64,000 nucleotides of DNA from positions 256,001 through 320,000 of the forward strand of contig CAVTHS010000010.1 of NCBI GenBank assembly GCA_963734535.1, in the 5' to 3' direction. The translations under genes and the position numbers were made by a program. Below, piece by piece: positions 41,922 to 52,852 of this stretch; position 1 is the stretch's first letter; each line of letters starts with the position of its first letter. The notes below the pieces were generated by a model. The model made no database searches, was not told the DNA's origin, and saw nothing but the letters and a program-made list of their open reading frames with translations. This DNA comes from an uncultured Chloroflexia bacterium. Lineage in GTDB: Bacteria > Chloroflexota > Limnocylindria > Limnocylindrales > CSP1-4.

Positions 41922-42287
41922 CTAGAGGTAGACGAGCTCCTCGAAGTTCTCGACGAGGTACTGGATGAGCTTCTCCCGGGGCTCGGGGAGCGCCGCACGC
42001 GTGCCTGCCACGAGGCAGTGGAGCGTGATCGCCGGGACCAGGAGCCGTCCCTGGCCGTCACGCCCGACCACGGCCGGCGGGCCGCCGCCGGCGGCGAAGA
42101 CCTTCGCGATCGCCGTGTCATCGGTGCCGGTCGCGGCGCGGTAGTCGTGGAGCACGGAAAGGACGCCTCGACGGATCGAGATGTCCCGCATCGCCTCGGC
42201 CGCCCACGCGTCGATCTGCGGATCCGGCTGCTCGGACAGCCGGGCGCGGTACTCGTCCCGGTTTGCCGCGAGTCCCGTCGCTCCCAC
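41922..42287 (-). CDS. Hypothetical soluble protein
   Basis: AGGAGG before GTG; typical codon usage; co-oriented between plsC and ubiA. Confidence 0.7.
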   Translation of the reverse strand: MGATGLAANRDEYRARLSEQPDPQIDAWAAEAMRDISIRRGVLSVLHDYRAATGTDDTAIAKVFAAGGGPPAVVGRDGQGRLLVPAITLHCLVAGTRAALPEPREKLIQYLVENFEELVYL

Positions 42288-42383
42288 GTCTGGCCTGCCT
42301 CCTGTCGCCGTGCGCTGGTCGGGCCGAGTATCGCAGACGGGGCCGTTGTCTCGCTCACGGGCAACCTGAACAGAACGCCTGGT

Positions 42384-43131
42384 CTATTTCTCCGCCTCGC
42401 CCGCGACCCCGGGCGGCGGCGGTCGGCGATCCTCGGGCCAGTCGTTGAAGAGCTCGGTCATCCAGCGGCCCAGGCGCCCGGGCGGCTCCTCGTCCCGCCC
42501 GTCGGCGACGAGGTCGAGCATCGCGGTCCGGATCTGCCCCGTCAGGGTGTCGACCGCCTCGCGCGTCGGCCGGCCGGCCGGGAGGATCGGCTCCCCCACC
42601 CGGACCCGGATCGTCTTGCCCAGGCGCAGCCAGCCCGTTCCCGTCAGGCCGACCGGGATGACGGTGACGCCCGACCGGAGCGCGAAGAACGCCACGCCCT
42701 CGTTGACCGGCAGGAGCGCCCGCTCGCCTGCGTGAATGCGGCCCTCGGGCGCGATCGCAAGGTGCGCTCCGCTCGCGAGGACCGCCTCCACGCGGCGGGT
42801 CGCCTCGAGCAGGTTCGTGCGCTCGGGATTGAACGGGATGCCACGACCGGACCAGGTGATCAGCCGGTTGCGGAAGCCGGCGGACATGTCGGCCTCCCTC
42901 GGGCCGAAGAACCAGAGGTCCGGGCGTGCCGGCAACGCCGACACCACGCACGAACGGGTCCGCCCAGCTCTGGTGATTGAAGCAGAGGATCGCCGGGCCG
43001 GGCGGCAGCGGCGGGCCCTCGACGCGGATACGGAGGTAGGCACGAACCAGCACGCGGATGCCGATCGTCGTGAACCAGTACGGCACCCGACCGGGCCGGC
43101 GGACCGGGACCGGCGCGGCGCCCCTGGTCAT
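42384..43131 (-). CDS. 1-acyl-sn-glycerol-3-phosphate acyltransferase-like protein (frameshift near 42955)
   Basis: NHQSWAD (HX4D) in one frame; APEGR and IPVGL in the next. Confidence 0.85.
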
Positions 43132-43586
43132 GCCTCCGTGGTCACGGGCCGCGATGGCGCGCCGCCAACGGGCGATGGACGCCCGTCGATGGCCGCGAAG
43201 ATGCCCTGGAGGAACGCGCCGACCGCGTCGGCATCCGCGTCGACCCCCCGCAGGACGACGCCCTCCACGGTCGCGCTGATGATCCGATGCGCCCCCTGGA
43301 CCTCCACCTGGACGTCACCAAGCTGGACCCGTGTCCACCGGACGAGCTTCCCCGCCGCCCGGGGGCCCTCCTGGGGCACGATCACGCGCACGTGGACCGT
43401 GACCAGGCCGGCGGGGGTCGCGGCGAGCAGCACCCAGCGCACGCCGGGGTCCTCGCCCCAGGCCACCCAGCAGTCGGGATCCGGCGTTGCCCCGAGCGTG
43501 ACGAGCGTCGCCTCGGCCACGGCGAGAACCTTCGGACCTGCCGCCGCGGGGATCGGCGCCACGGCACCCCACTCGCTGAGCCGCAT
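43128..43586 (-). CDS. Hypothetical protein
   Basis: GGAGG before ATG (MRLSEW...); stop overlaps the plsC start (ATGA). Confidence 0.7.
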   Translation of the reverse strand: MRLSEWGAVAPIPAAAGPKVLAVAEATLVTLGATPDPDCWVAWGEDPGVRWVLLAATPAGLVTVHVRVIVPQEGPRAAGKLVRWTRVQLGDVQVEVQGAHRIISATVEGVVLRGVDADADAVGAFLQGIFAAIDGRPSPVGGAPSRPVTTEA

Positions 43587-43733
43587 CGTGGCCGGACCTC
43601 CGCTGCTCGAGCGCGCGTGCCGCGCGGACCCATCGAAGGCTATCACGAGGCCCTGGCCGGGAGGGCCGTTCGGCCGTTCACAACCTCCGCGGCGCCACGA
43701 TACCCTCGGGTGCCTACGGAGGGTCGTTCTGGC

Positions 43734-44722
43734 ATGTCGATCGATCGTCGTCTCGCCAACCTGGGAATCTTCCTGCTCATCCTCGGCGCGATTCCCCTGG
43801 CCGTCAGCCAGGGCTGGATCGCCCACGAGACCATCTCCCGGGCATGGGAGCTCTGGCCGCTGATCCTGATCGGGATCGGGATCGGGCTCATCCTTCGGCG
43901 CACGCCGTTCCACTTCCTGGGAGGGCTCCTGGTCGCGGCGACCTTCGGCACGATGTTCGGCTCGCTGCTCGCCGGCGGCCTCAGCCTCGGCGCGCTCGGC
44001 TGCGGCACCGCGGCCTCCTCGACGGACCCCGCCGTCCTCGACGAGCACGGCACGTTCGGGGCCGGGACGGTCAGCGTCGAGCTCAACGCGACCTGCGCCA
44101 GCATGGCGGTCGGGCCGGCTCCCGGCGCCGCCTGGGCCGTCACGGTCAACGGGCAGGCCAGCGGGCGACCGACGCTGGAGCAGGCGAGCGAATCGGCTCG
44201 CCGTACGCTCGACCAACCGGAACGTGACCATCCCGTTCGACAGCGGCCGCCGCTCTCGCTGGAACGTCACGCTGGGGACCGACACTCTCCTATTCGCTCG
44301 ACGTCAACCTCAACGCGGGCGAGGTGACCCTCGATCTCGCGGGCATCCGCGTCGATACGCTCGCTGCCCAGGGCAATGCGATCGGCAACTCGCGACTTCT
44401 CCTGCACGATGCGACCGTCGGTCGCCTGGAGGTGCAGGTCAACGCCGGCGATCTCAAGATCGGGCTGCCGGCCGGATCCGACCTCACCGGCCAGGTCCAG
44501 GCCAACGCCGCGTCCGTTGCGCTGTGCGCCGATCCTGGCACGGGGCTCCGATTGCGGAGCACCTCCACGCTGACGGGCGACAACTTCGCCGCCGCCGGGC
44601 TCGTCAAGTCCGGCACGACGTGGGAGTCGCCCGGGATCGGCTCCGCGACGCACGTCGTGGACCTCGCCCTGGAGGGCGCGGCCGCCAGCTTCACGCTCAA
44701 TCCTTCGGAGGGATGCCGGTGA
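43734..44722 (+). CDS. LiaF/DUF5668-type membrane protein with beta-rich extracytoplasmic domain (frameshifts near 44190 and 44285)
   Basis: GIFLLILG...WELWPLILIGIGI motif followed by beta-solenoid-like repeats (NAGEVTLDL, VNAGDLKIGLP). Confidence 0.7.
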
Positions 44723-45372
44723 ACGACCGCATGTACCGCTCCGTCGACGACCGCGTCCTCGGCGGCGTCTGCGCGGGCCTCGCTGATCGACTCGACCTCG
44801 ACCCGGCGCTCGTCCGGATCGGCTACGCGATCCTGGCCCTGGTGACCGGGATCTTCCCACTGCTCATCCTCTACGTGATCATGGTCGTCGTGATCCCCGA
44901 AGAGCCGGCCTGGACCGGCGTGCGGCCCGTCGTCCCGCAGCCCGCAGGCCCCACGTGGCCGGGCACCGGGGGACCCGCCGCACCGATGGGGCCCGATGCG
45001 CAGGCCGCTTCGGCGGCCGGGGATTCCCCGGGTGCGGCCGGCCCGCAACCCGCCGCTCCCACGTCAGCGGACCCGGCCGCGGTTCCTGGCTGGATCCCGC
45101 CCGGCTACTCCGGTGGCTGGGACAACCAGACCTGGCGCGAGCAGCGCGGCGCGGCACGTGCGACACGGCGTGCCGAGCGGGCCGCCCGCCGCGCCGAGCG
45201 CCGCAACGACCCGGTCCCGGCGATCATCGGCGGCATCTTCCTGGTGGCCCTCGGAGCGTTCTTTCTCCTGCGGAACACCTTCGACATCGACTGGTCGGTC
45301 GTATGGCCGGTCGTCCTCATCGCGTTTGGGGTTGTGGTCCTGATCGCAGCGTTCCGACCCCGCTCCGGGTGA
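44719..45372 (+). CDS. PspC domain protein with C-terminal DUF5668-like TM hairpin
   Basis: YRSVDDRVLGGVCAGLA...DPALVR...IPEE; C-terminal WPVVLIAFG. Confidence 0.88.
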   Translation: MNDRMYRSVDDRVLGGVCAGLADRLDLDPALVRIGYAILALVTGIFPLLILYVIMVVVIPEEPAWTGVRPVVPQPAGPTWPGTGGPAAPMGPDAQAASAAGDSPGAAGPQPAAPTSADPAAVPGWIPPGYSGGWDNQTWREQRGAARATRRAERAARRAERRNDPVPAIIGGIFLVALGAFFLLRNTFDIDWSVVWPVVLIAFGVVVLIAAFRPRSG

Positions 45373-46460
45373 CCGGCGCGCCGACGCTTGTCATCGCGGC
45401 AGCCGGCGCCGGCGTCATCGGCGGGCTGTTCCTGCTCGTCCGCGGATTGGCGGCGTTCCGGGCCGGCGAGGCCGTGCGCGGGACGAGCACGAGCAGGATC
45501 GAGTCGCTGGCAGCGGGCGAGGTCCGCCTGGTCGGGACGATCGCTCCGGGTCCCGTGACGCTCGTGTCAGCGCTCCAGAGCGTTCCGTGCGTCTACTACC
45601 ACGCCAGGATCGTGGAGGATCGAGGCCGCGAGCGGACCACCGCGCTGGACGATGAGCGCGCCGTCGGCTTCCTGCTGCGCGACGGATCGGGCACGCTGCG
45701 CGTCTTCCCTCGTGGCGCGCGCTGGGACGCGCCCACCTGCTTCGATGAGCAGACGGACTGGGCCGGTGACGACCCGCCGGGCCTTGACCGGAACTATGGC
45801 TCCGGGATGACTGCCGCCACGTTCGACCGCGACGCCGCGATCGCGGCGCTCCTTACGGTCCGTCGCCCCGATGGGAGGCCGGCGGACGATGAGCCGCCGG
45901 GCATCCTGGGCGGCGCGACCGTTCTCGGCAACGCCGGCCTTGGCGCGCGGCGCCACTACGAGGAGCGGCGGCTGGCGCCGGGTGACATCGTGACGATCGT
46001 CGGAAGCGCGGTCCCATTCGGCGACATCGAGGATCCGGCGACCGCGGACCGCGATGATCCCACTCGTGCGCTCGATGACCCGGAGGTGGCGCGAAGCCTT
46101 GCCGAGGCCCGCGCAGCGGGAATCCTGGCGAACTCACCGGAGGAAGCGTGGGGGAACGCCGCAATCCCCGGCTTCGGGGTCGGCCGGCCGACGCGCGCCC
46201 CGGACCTGGATCCCGAGGCACGTCCGATGCCGCTCGCGCCGGCCGGCACCGAGGCCGCCGCGGCGGCCGTCTTCGACATCCCCGCCGGCGAGCTCGTCAT
46301 GGCGGTCATGCCCGATCGTCCGCTCCTCGTCCGGTTCGGCAGCCCGGGCGAGGCCGTGGCGCGCGACCAGGGAGCGCTCACCCTGGGGCTCGGTGGGGCG
46401 CTGCTCGCGATCGTCGCCGCGCTCGTGCTCGCGCTGGCCCTCCAGGGGACGTTCGGGTGA
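45369..46460 (+). CDS. GIDE-like (MUL1/SP1-type) domain membrane protein
   Basis: N-terminal TM then TSTSRIESLAAGEVRLVG, PCVYY, FLLRDGSG, YEERRLAPGD.VTIVG and a C-terminal TM; adjacent to lemA. Confidence 0.65.
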   Translation: MTGAPTLVIAAAGAGVIGGLFLLVRGLAAFRAGEAVRGTSTSRIESLAAGEVRLVGTIAPGPVTLVSALQSVPCVYYHARIVEDRGRERTTALDDERAVGFLLRDGSGTLRVFPRGARWDAPTCFDEQTDWAGDDPPGLDRNYGSGMTAATFDRDAAIAALLTVRRPDGRPADDEPPGILGGATVLGNAGLGARRHYEERRLAPGDIVTIVGSAVPFGDIEDPATADRDDPTRALDDPEVARSLAEARAAGILANSPEEAWGNAAIPGFGVGRPTRAPDLDPEARPMPLAPAGTEAAAAAVFDIPAGELVMAVMPDRPLLVRFGSPGEAVARDQGALTLGLGGALLAIVAALVLALALQGTFG

Positions 46461-47119
46461 GCCCACTCGCCGGAGCCGCGCTCTTCGCGGTCCTCCTCGT
46501 GGCGCTCGTGGTCGCCTTCCTGCTCGTGATCACATACAACAGCGTGGTCGCCCTGCGCACGCGCATCGACAAAGCGTGGGGAAACGTCGAGGTCGCCCTC
46601 AAGCAGCGCCACGACCAGCTCGCGGAACTGGTCGCTGCCGTCCGGGACGTGATGGCGTTCGAGCAGGCTGTCCTCGGCGAGGTCGCCAGGCAGCGCGCGC
46701 GGTACTCCCCGCAGGCGCCGATCAGCGAGCAGGGCGCGGTCTCCGCAGCGACCAGTCGGGCCGTCCGCTCGCTCTTCGCGGTCGTCGAGAATTACCCGCA
46801 GGTTCGGTCGCAGGAGAACGTGCTCCGGCTGCAGGCGGAGATCGAGCGGCTCGAGCAGCAGATCGCGGACCGGCGCGAGCTCTACAACGACCAGGTCTAC
46901 CGCTACAACACGACGATCGGGCAGGTCCCGGCCGTGGTCCTGGCGGGGCTGCTGGGCTGGCTGCCGCGGGCGTTCTTCGATGCAGAGCCGGCAGCCGACG
47001 AACGCCCGTCGGTGGAGCTGCACCCGCTCGCCGGTCCGGGCGGGGACGACGCCGCACCGGGCCGTGGCGACGCTGGCTCGGCCGCCGCAGACCCGAACGG
47101 GGAGGGCACGGCCCGGTAG
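46457..47119 (+). CDS. lemA: LemA family protein
   Basis: YNSVV...AWGNVEVALKQRHD, ENYPQ and RRELYND motifs. Confidence 0.92.
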   Translation: MSPLAGAALFAVLLVALVVAFLLVITYNSVVALRTRIDKAWGNVEVALKQRHDQLAELVAAVRDVMAFEQAVLGEVARQRARYSPQAPISEQGAVSAATSRAVRSLFAVVENYPQVRSQENVLRLQAEIERLEQQIADRRELYNDQVYRYNTTIGQVPAVVLAGLLGWLPRAFFDAEPAADERPSVELHPLAGPGGDDAAPGRGDAGSAAADPNGEGTAR

Positions 47120-47170
47120 ACTGGCTGACACGCGGCGCCGACCGGGAGCGGCGCTGACGTGGAGGGAGCG

Positions 47171-48013
47171 ATGGTGACGACCGCCCCAGGCGGCGGAGGG
47201 CCGCCTGCCGCCGTGGCCGAGCCGGCCGCGACGATGGTGGCGGGAGAGCCGTTCGATGTCTCGGTCTCATACGAGGTTGTGGGGCCCGTGGACGCGCCGA
47301 CCCTCGTCTTCCTCCATGGAACTCGCGTGACCCGCGCGATGTGGGACCCGCAGGTCGCCGGCCTGTCAGACCGCTTTCGCGTCGTGACGGTGGACCTGCC
47401 GGGACACGGCGCACTCGCCGACATGACCTTCCGGATGGCGAGGGCGGTCACGATCGTGCGCTCGGTGATCGCTCGCAACGGCGGTCGAGCCGTCGTGATC
47501 GGCCAGTCGCTGGGCGGCTACGTCGCGATGGAGCTCGCCGCCGTCCACCCCGAGATGGTGGCGGGGCTGGTCCTCTGCAACTCCAGCACGGAGCCGCGGA
47601 CGGTGGCGCGCCGCGCGCCGCGTGCGGTGGGCGTCTACCTCGTGGACCGGGTCGGGGAGCGATACCTCGGGCGCGGCGCACCCGTGCATCCCGACGGGCC
47701 GCTGCGCGGTCCGGCGCCCCGTGCGACGAACGGCTGGCTCTTCAAGGGCGGGTATCGCGCGGTGGTCACCGCGCTGCGGACCTCGTTCCTGCCCCGGCTC
47801 GCCGGGTACCCGGGCCCGGCCCTCCTCGTGAACGGCGCCGACGACCCGCTCTTCCGGCGCGGCGAGCGCGACTTCCTGGCCGCCTGCTTCGACGGCCGCC
47901 TGCGCGTCATCGAGGGCGCCGGGCACCTGGTGAACAGCGAGAAGCCAGACGCCTTCAACGCCGCGATCCTCGAATTCGCGGAGACCGTGTTCAGGAGCCG
48001 GGCGGCGCGCTGA
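47171..48013 (+). CDS. Alpha/beta hydrolase
   Basis: FLHG, DLPGHG, GQSLGG nucleophile elbow, GADD and AGHL motifs. Confidence 0.9.
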   Translation: MVTTAPGGGGPPAAVAEPAATMVAGEPFDVSVSYEVVGPVDAPTLVFLHGTRVTRAMWDPQVAGLSDRFRVVTVDLPGHGALADMTFRMARAVTIVRSVIARNGGRAVVIGQSLGGYVAMELAAVHPEMVAGLVLCNSSTEPRTVARRAPRAVGVYLVDRVGERYLGRGAPVHPDGPLRGPAPRATNGWLFKGGYRAVVTALRTSFLPRLAGYPGPALLVNGADDPLFRRGERDFLAACFDGRLRVIEGAGHLVNSEKPDAFNAAILEFAETVFRSRAAR

Positions 48014-49106
48014 CCCCCAGCACCTCCCGGACCTCGTGGGCGATCTCGAGGTCCTCGCGAGCGGCAACCACGAACGTGCGGACCGCAGCGCCGGGCGCGC
48101 CGATCTCTCGATCCTCGCCGGCGGCCCTGTTGCGCGCCTCGTCGACCGCGACGCCGAGGAAGGCGAGGTCGCCCGCGGCGCGTTCCCGCACGGCCGGAGC
48201 GTTCTCCCCCACCCCGCCGGTGAAGACGAGGGCGTCGAGGCCGCCGAGCGCGGCCGCCATCGCAGCCACGGCTGCCCGCAACCGGTGGTGGTAGACGTCG
48301 AGCGCGAGCACGGCGTCCGGCTCGCCGGCGGCGGCTGCAGCGAGGATCGCGCGCATGTCGGCCGTGCCCGCCAGGCCCAGGAGCCCCGATCGATGCTCGA
48401 GCGTCGCTGCGAGCTCCGCGGGCGGCATCCGGACGTGCTCCGCCAGCCAGAGGACCAGGCCCGGATCGATGCTGCCCGACCGGGTGGCCATGACGAGCCC
48501 GTCGAGCGGCGTGAAGCCCATCGTGGTGTCCAGGGAGCGTCCGTCGCGCACCGCGGCGAGCGATGCCCCGGCGCCGAGGTGGCAGGTCACGATCCGGAGG
48601 CCGGCGTCCCCGGTATCTCCGATGAGCTCGGCTGCCCGCCGCGACGCGTACGCGTGCGACAGGCCGTGGAAGCCGTACTTGCGAAGGTCCCAGCGCTTCC
48701 TCCACTCGTGCGGGATCGCGTACGTCGAGGCCGCGGCAGGCATCCCGGCATGGAAGGCCGTGTCGAAGCAGGCGACCGCCGGTACGTCCGGGAGGGTCGC
48801 CGTCACCGCCTCGAGCGCGGCGAGCGATTTCGGCTGGTGGAGCGGGGCGAGATCGGTCAGCGTCCGGAGCCGCTCGACCACCTCGCCGTCGATCCGGACC
48901 GGCCGCGCATACAGGGTCCCGCCGTGGACGATCCGGTGGCCGACGGCGTCCACCGCCCCGAATCCCTCGATGGCTCGCGCGACGGCGACGATGTCCGCCT
49001 GCCCGCGCGGGGCGGGCAGGTCCTCCGCCCCCGTGACCTGGTCGTCCGGGTCAAGGACGCGGAGCTTCAGGCTGCTCGACCCGGCGTTGACGACGAGGAT
49101 CCGCAT
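47991..49106 (-). CDS. ackA: Acetate/propionate kinase
   Basis: NAGSSSLK, GHRIVHGG, APLH, FDTAFH, YGFHGLSH, CHLGAGAS and FTGGVGEN motifs. Confidence 0.96.
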   Translation of the reverse strand: MRILVVNAGSSSLKLRVLDPDDQVTGAEDLPAPRGQADIVAVARAIEGFGAVDAVGHRIVHGGTLYARPVRIDGEVVERLRTLTDLAPLHQPKSLAALEAVTATLPDVPAVACFDTAFHAGMPAAASTYAIPHEWRKRWDLRKYGFHGLSHAYASRRAAELIGDTGDAGLRIVTCHLGAGASLAAVRDGRSLDTTMGFTPLDGLVMATRSGSIDPGLVLWLAEHVRMPPAELAATLEHRSGLLGLAGTADMRAILAAAAAGEPDAVLALDVYHHRLRAAVAAMAAALGGLDALVFTGGVGENAPAVRERAAGDLAFLGVAVDEARNRAAGEDREIGAPGAAVRTFVVAAREDLEIAHEVREVLGVSAPPGS

Positions 49107-49120
49107 CTCAGCTCACCGCC

Positions 49121-51505
49121 TCAGTGTGGCCAGGCCCAGGTCCGGATCTCGGGCGCGTCCTCGCCTTCCAGGCGCGTGTACGCCCGTGCCCGCAGGCGCC
49201 GGTCCACCATCAGCTGGCGAACGTGCGCCGCCCGCGGCCCCAGGCCCGGCACGCGGTCGATCACGTCCATCACGAGGTGGAACCGGTCGAGGTCGTTGAG
49301 CATGACCATGTCGAACGGCGTGGTGGTGGTGCCCTCCTCCTTGTAGCCGCGAACGTGGATGTTGACGTGGTTCGTCCGGCGATAGGTCAGGCGGTGGATC
49401 AGCCACGGGTACCCGTGGTAGGCGAAGACAACCGGCTTGTCACGGGTGAAGAGCGAGTCGAACTCGGTCTCCGACATCCCGTGCGGGTGCTCGGTGGCAG
49501 GCTGCAGCCGCATCAGGTCCACGACGTTGACGACCCGAACCTTCAAGTCCGGGAGGTGCTGGCGGATCATGTCGACCGCGGCGAGCGTCTCGAGCGTCGG
49601 CGTGTCGCCGCAACAGGCCATGACCACGTCGGGCTCGCCGCCCTGGTCGTTGCTGGCCCAGTCCCAGATGCCGATGCCGCGCGTGCAATGGAGCACGGCC
49701 TGGTCCATCGAGAGCCAGTTCGGGGCCGGCTGCTTGCCGGCGACGATGACGTTGACGTACTGGCGGCTGCGCAGGCAGTGGTCGGCCACCGACAGGAGCG
49801 TGTTCGCGTCGGGCGGCAGATAGACCCGGATGACCTCGGACTTCTTGTTGACCACGTGGTCGATGAAGCCCGGGTCCTGGTGGCTGAAGCCATTGTGGTC
49901 CTGGCGCCAGACCAGCGAGCTCAGGACGTAGTTGAGCGACGCGATCGGTCGCCGCCACGGGATGCCGTTGGTCACCTTCAGCCACTTGGCATGCTGGTTG
50001 AACATCGAATCGATGATGTGGATGAAGGCTTCGTAGCAGTTGAAGAGGCCGTGGCGGCCGGTCAGGAGGTAGCCTTCGAGCCAGCCCTCGCACTGGTGCT
50101 CGGAGAGGACCTCCATCACGCGGCCCTCGGCGGCCTGGTGGTCGTCCGAGGGCAGGAGCTCCCCGTCGAACTGGCGGTCCGTCACCTCGAAGACGGCTCC
50201 GAGCCGGTTCGACGACGTCTCGTCGGGACCGAAGATCCGGAACGTGTCGCGGTTCCGGTCGATGACGTCGCGGAGGAACGTCCCGAGCACGCGCGTCGCC
50301 TCGGCGTTCGTGGCGCCCGGCGCGCTCACCTCCACCGCGTAGTCGCGGAAGTCGGGCAGCGCGAGGTCGCGCAGCAGCAGCCCGCCGTTCGCGTGCGGGT
50401 TGGCGCTCATCCGCCGGTAGCTTCGCGGCGGCAGCTCGGCCAGCTCCGGGACGAGTGCGCCATCGGCGTCGAAGAGCTCCTCCGGCCGGTAGCTCCGGAG
50501 CCAGCCCTCGAGGAGCGCGAGATGCTCGGGATTCGTCCGCACCTCCCCGAACGGGACCTGGTGCGCACGCCAGGAGCCCTCCGAGGGCAGGCCGTCGACC
50601 TCCTTCGGGCCCGTCCAGCCCTTCGGGCTTCGCAGCACGATCATGGGCCAGCGCGGGCGCTCGGTGACGCCGCCGTCGCGGGCCGCGCGCTGGATGTCGT
50701 GGATCTCGGTGACCACGGCGTCCATGGCGGCCGCCATCTGCTGGTGCATCAGCACGGGGTCGTCCCCGCTCACGAAGTACGGGTGATGCCCGTAGCCCTC
50801 CATGAGGGCCCGCAGCTCGTCCTCCGGGATCCGGGCCAGGACCGTGGGGTTGGCGATCTTGTAGCCGTTGAGGTGGAGGATCGGGAGGACCGCGCCGTCG
50901 CGGACGGGGTCGAGGAACTTGTTCGAGTGCCAGCTGGTGGCCAGCGGCCCTGTCTCCGCCTCGCCGTCGCCGACCACGCAGCAGACGATCAGGTCCGGGT
51001 TGTCGAACGCGGCACCGTATGCGTGCGAGAGCGCATAGCCCAGCTCGCCGCCCTCGTGGATCGAGCCCGGCGTCTCCGGCGCGACGTGGCTGGGGATCCC
51101 ACCGGGGAACGAGAACTGCCGGAAGAGCTGGCGCAGGCCGTCGGCGTCCCGGGTGATGCTCGGGTAGACCTCCGTGTACGTTCCCTCGAGGTATGCGTTC
51201 GCCACGATCGCGGGTCCGCCATGGCCCGGCCCGATGACGTAGATGGCGTCGAGGTCCCAGCTCCGGATCACCCGGTTCATGTGGGCGTAGACGAAATTGA
51301 GACCCGGCGTCGTGCCCCAGTGGCCCAGCAGGCGCGGCTTGCAGTGCTGGGGTGCGAGTGGCTCGCGGAGCAGCGGGTTGTCGAGCAGGTAGATCTGGCC
51401 GACCGAGAGATAGTTGGCGGCCCGCCAGTAGGCGTCGATCTGCTCCAGCTCGGCCGTCGCCAGCGGCCCGACGGGCTGAACCTTGGCGCGTCCCTGATGT
51501 GCCAT
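49121..51505 (-). CDS. xfp: Xylulose-5-P/fructose-6-P phosphoketolase
   Basis: [39 protein letters not shown] and [12 protein letters not shown] motifs. Confidence 0.97.
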   Translation of the reverse strand: MAHQGRAKVQPVGPLATAELEQIDAYWRAANYLSVGQIYLLDNPLLREPLAPQHCKPRLLGHWGTTPGLNFVYAHMNRVIRSWDLDAIYVIGPGHGGPAIVANAYLEGTYTEVYPSITRDADGLRQLFRQFSFPGGIPSHVAPETPGSIHEGGELGYALSHAYGAAFDNPDLIVCCVVGDGEAETGPLATSWHSNKFLDPVRDGAVLPILHLNGYKIANPTVLARIPEDELRALMEGYGHHPYFVSGDDPVLMHQQMAAAMDAVVTEIHDIQRAARDGGVTERPRWPMIVLRSPKGWTGPKEVDGLPSEGSWRAHQVPFGEVRTNPEHLALLEGWLRSYRPEELFDADGALVPELAELPPRSYRRMSANPHANGGLLLRDLALPDFRDYAVEVSAPGATNAEATRVLGTFLRDVIDRNRDTFRIFGPDETSSNRLGAVFEVTDRQFDGELLPSDDHQAAEGRVMEVLSEHQCEGWLEGYLLTGRHGLFNCYEAFIHIIDSMFNQHAKWLKVTNGIPWRRPIASLNYVLSSLVWRQDHNGFSHQDPGFIDHVVNKKSEVIRVYLPPDANTLLSVADHCLRSRQYVNVIVAGKQPAPNWLSMDQAVLHCTRGIGIWDWASNDQGGEPDVVMACCGDTPTLETLAAVDMIRQHLPDLKVRVVNVVDLMRLQPATEHPHGMSETEFDSLFTRDKPVVFAYHGYPWLIHRLTYRRTNHVNIHVRGYKEEGTTTTPFDMVMLNDLDRFHLVMDVIDRVPGLGPRAAHVRQLMVDRRLRARAYTRLEGEDAPEIRTWAWPH

Positions 51506-51997
51506 GCGATCCACCTCCGCGCACAGGGTAGCGTGTCCGTTCGTGCTCGTGAGGACCGTCCGCCGGGACGCCACGAGCGTCATTTCGCATGCGCGGCTAC
51601 ACTCCGCCCCCGGACGTGCCTGCCGACAGGCGGACACGCTCGATCTCGCGCCGCGTCGCCCCATGACGGGCGTCCGACCGGTCGCAACGTGCGTGCCGGG
51701 CTTCGCGGGCGTGAGCTAGCCAATGTCGTGTCCCCGCCCCACGGGGACGCCTGCATGGGCCAGTGCCGTTCCCGAAGTGGCCGGCGCCGACCCGATGCAG
51801 GAGCAATTCCCGCAGTGCCCGCGGGAACACGTGGAGTCGAACTGAACCGCTCGCTGCCCGGTCGCCGGGCGTCGCCCCGAACACGAGTGCGGCGCCCCTG
51901 GCCTGCCCGGTTCCGACCGGGTTCCCCCGCCTCGCCTCGCGAGGTCGGCACATTCCCCGGGACAGCGAATCCGCGGATCCCCGAAGGGAGCTACCCA

Positions 51998-52852
51998 TTG
52001 CTCGTCCATTTCCAACGCACGATTCCGAAACGCGTCGGTCGCATCGAATCGCTGGCCATCTCGATCCTCGCGGCCCTCGTGCTGGCGAGCGCAGGTGTGC
52101 CGTCGATCGCGGCGGTCGCAGCGTCCAACCCGTCCCCCTCCCCGGCACCGAGCGCGTCGCCCGCGCCGGGCGCATCTCCGTCACCCTCGCCGTCCGTGAT
52201 GCCGGGCGCGTCGGCGGTGCCGAGCGCGTCGCCTGCGCCAGGCGTGAGCCCTGCGCCGGGCGTGAGCCCATCGCCGTCCGCGAGCCCGGGCCAGCCGGGC
52301 GATCCGTCTCCGTCGGGCTCGGTCGACCCGACCGCGGCCGTGTCGCCCGGACCGACCGTGGCCGCCGCGGTGCTGCGGCCGACCCCGACCCTGACCCCGC
52401 CGCCGGGCGCCGTCGCCGCCTTCGCGGTGAAGGGCCAGCCGTACAGCCTGCCGGCCTTCGTCGCGCTCGGCACGTGGAAGGTGTCGAGCGTCTCGTTCTA
52501 CGGACCCGGCTTCTACTGCGTGCTGAACCGCGTCAAGGACTGCCTCCCGCAGCTCGGCCGCTCACCCTGGCCCAACGGAACGGCGTGCGGGGTCATGTAC
52601 ACACGCACGCTGGTCGGCGTCGCCAACAGGACGCTCCCCTGCGGAACGCTCGTTGCGTTCAGCTATCGCGGCCACACCGTGATCGCCCCGGTCGTCGACC
52701 GCGGGCCGTACGTGACCGGCCGCAACTGGGATCTCTCCGGCGGGCTCTGCCGCGCCCTCCAGCACTGTTTCACCGGCCCGATCCGCTGGACGATCGTGCA
52801 CCGCGCAATCGGCCCGGCCCTGCCGCTGCGGATCAGCCTCCGCCGCCTCTGA
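51998..52852 (+). CDS. Secreted RlpA-like (double-psi beta-barrel) protein with Pro/Ser-rich linker
   Basis: Signal peptide, SPAPG repeats, and SFYGPG...TACG...VANRTLPCGT...VVDRGPY...WDLS. Confidence 0.85.
   Translation: MLVHFQRTIPKRVGRIESLAISILAALVLASAGVPSIAAVAASNPSPSPAPSASPAPGASPSPSPSVMPGASAVPSASPAPGVSPAPGVSPSPSASPGQPGDPSPSGSVDPTAAVSPGPTVAAAVLRPTPTLTPPPGAVAAFAVKGQPYSLPAFVALGTWKVSSVSFYGPGFYCVLNRVKDCLPQLGRSPWPNGTACGVMYTRTLVGVANRTLPCGTLVAFSYRGHTVIAPVVDRGPYVTGRNWDLSGGLCRALQHCFTGPIRWTIVHRAIGPALPLRISLRRL

Noticed and set aside
47991-51505. xfp-ackA without pta as a novelty
   Set aside because: Phosphoketolase-acetate kinase pairs are common and well described.
49124-51997. Long antisense ORFs opposite xfp (also opposite ftsZ, sdhA, pccB, the mutase and rpoD)
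   Set aside because: Shadow ORFs typical of GC-rich codon bias, with no recognisable motifs.
51780-51997. c-di-AMP (ydaO) riboswitch
   Set aside because: The expected conserved segments could not be found in order on the sense strand.
52120-52320. Repetitive DNA in the RlpA-like gene
   Set aside because: Explained by an ordinary Pro/Ser/Ala-rich linker.
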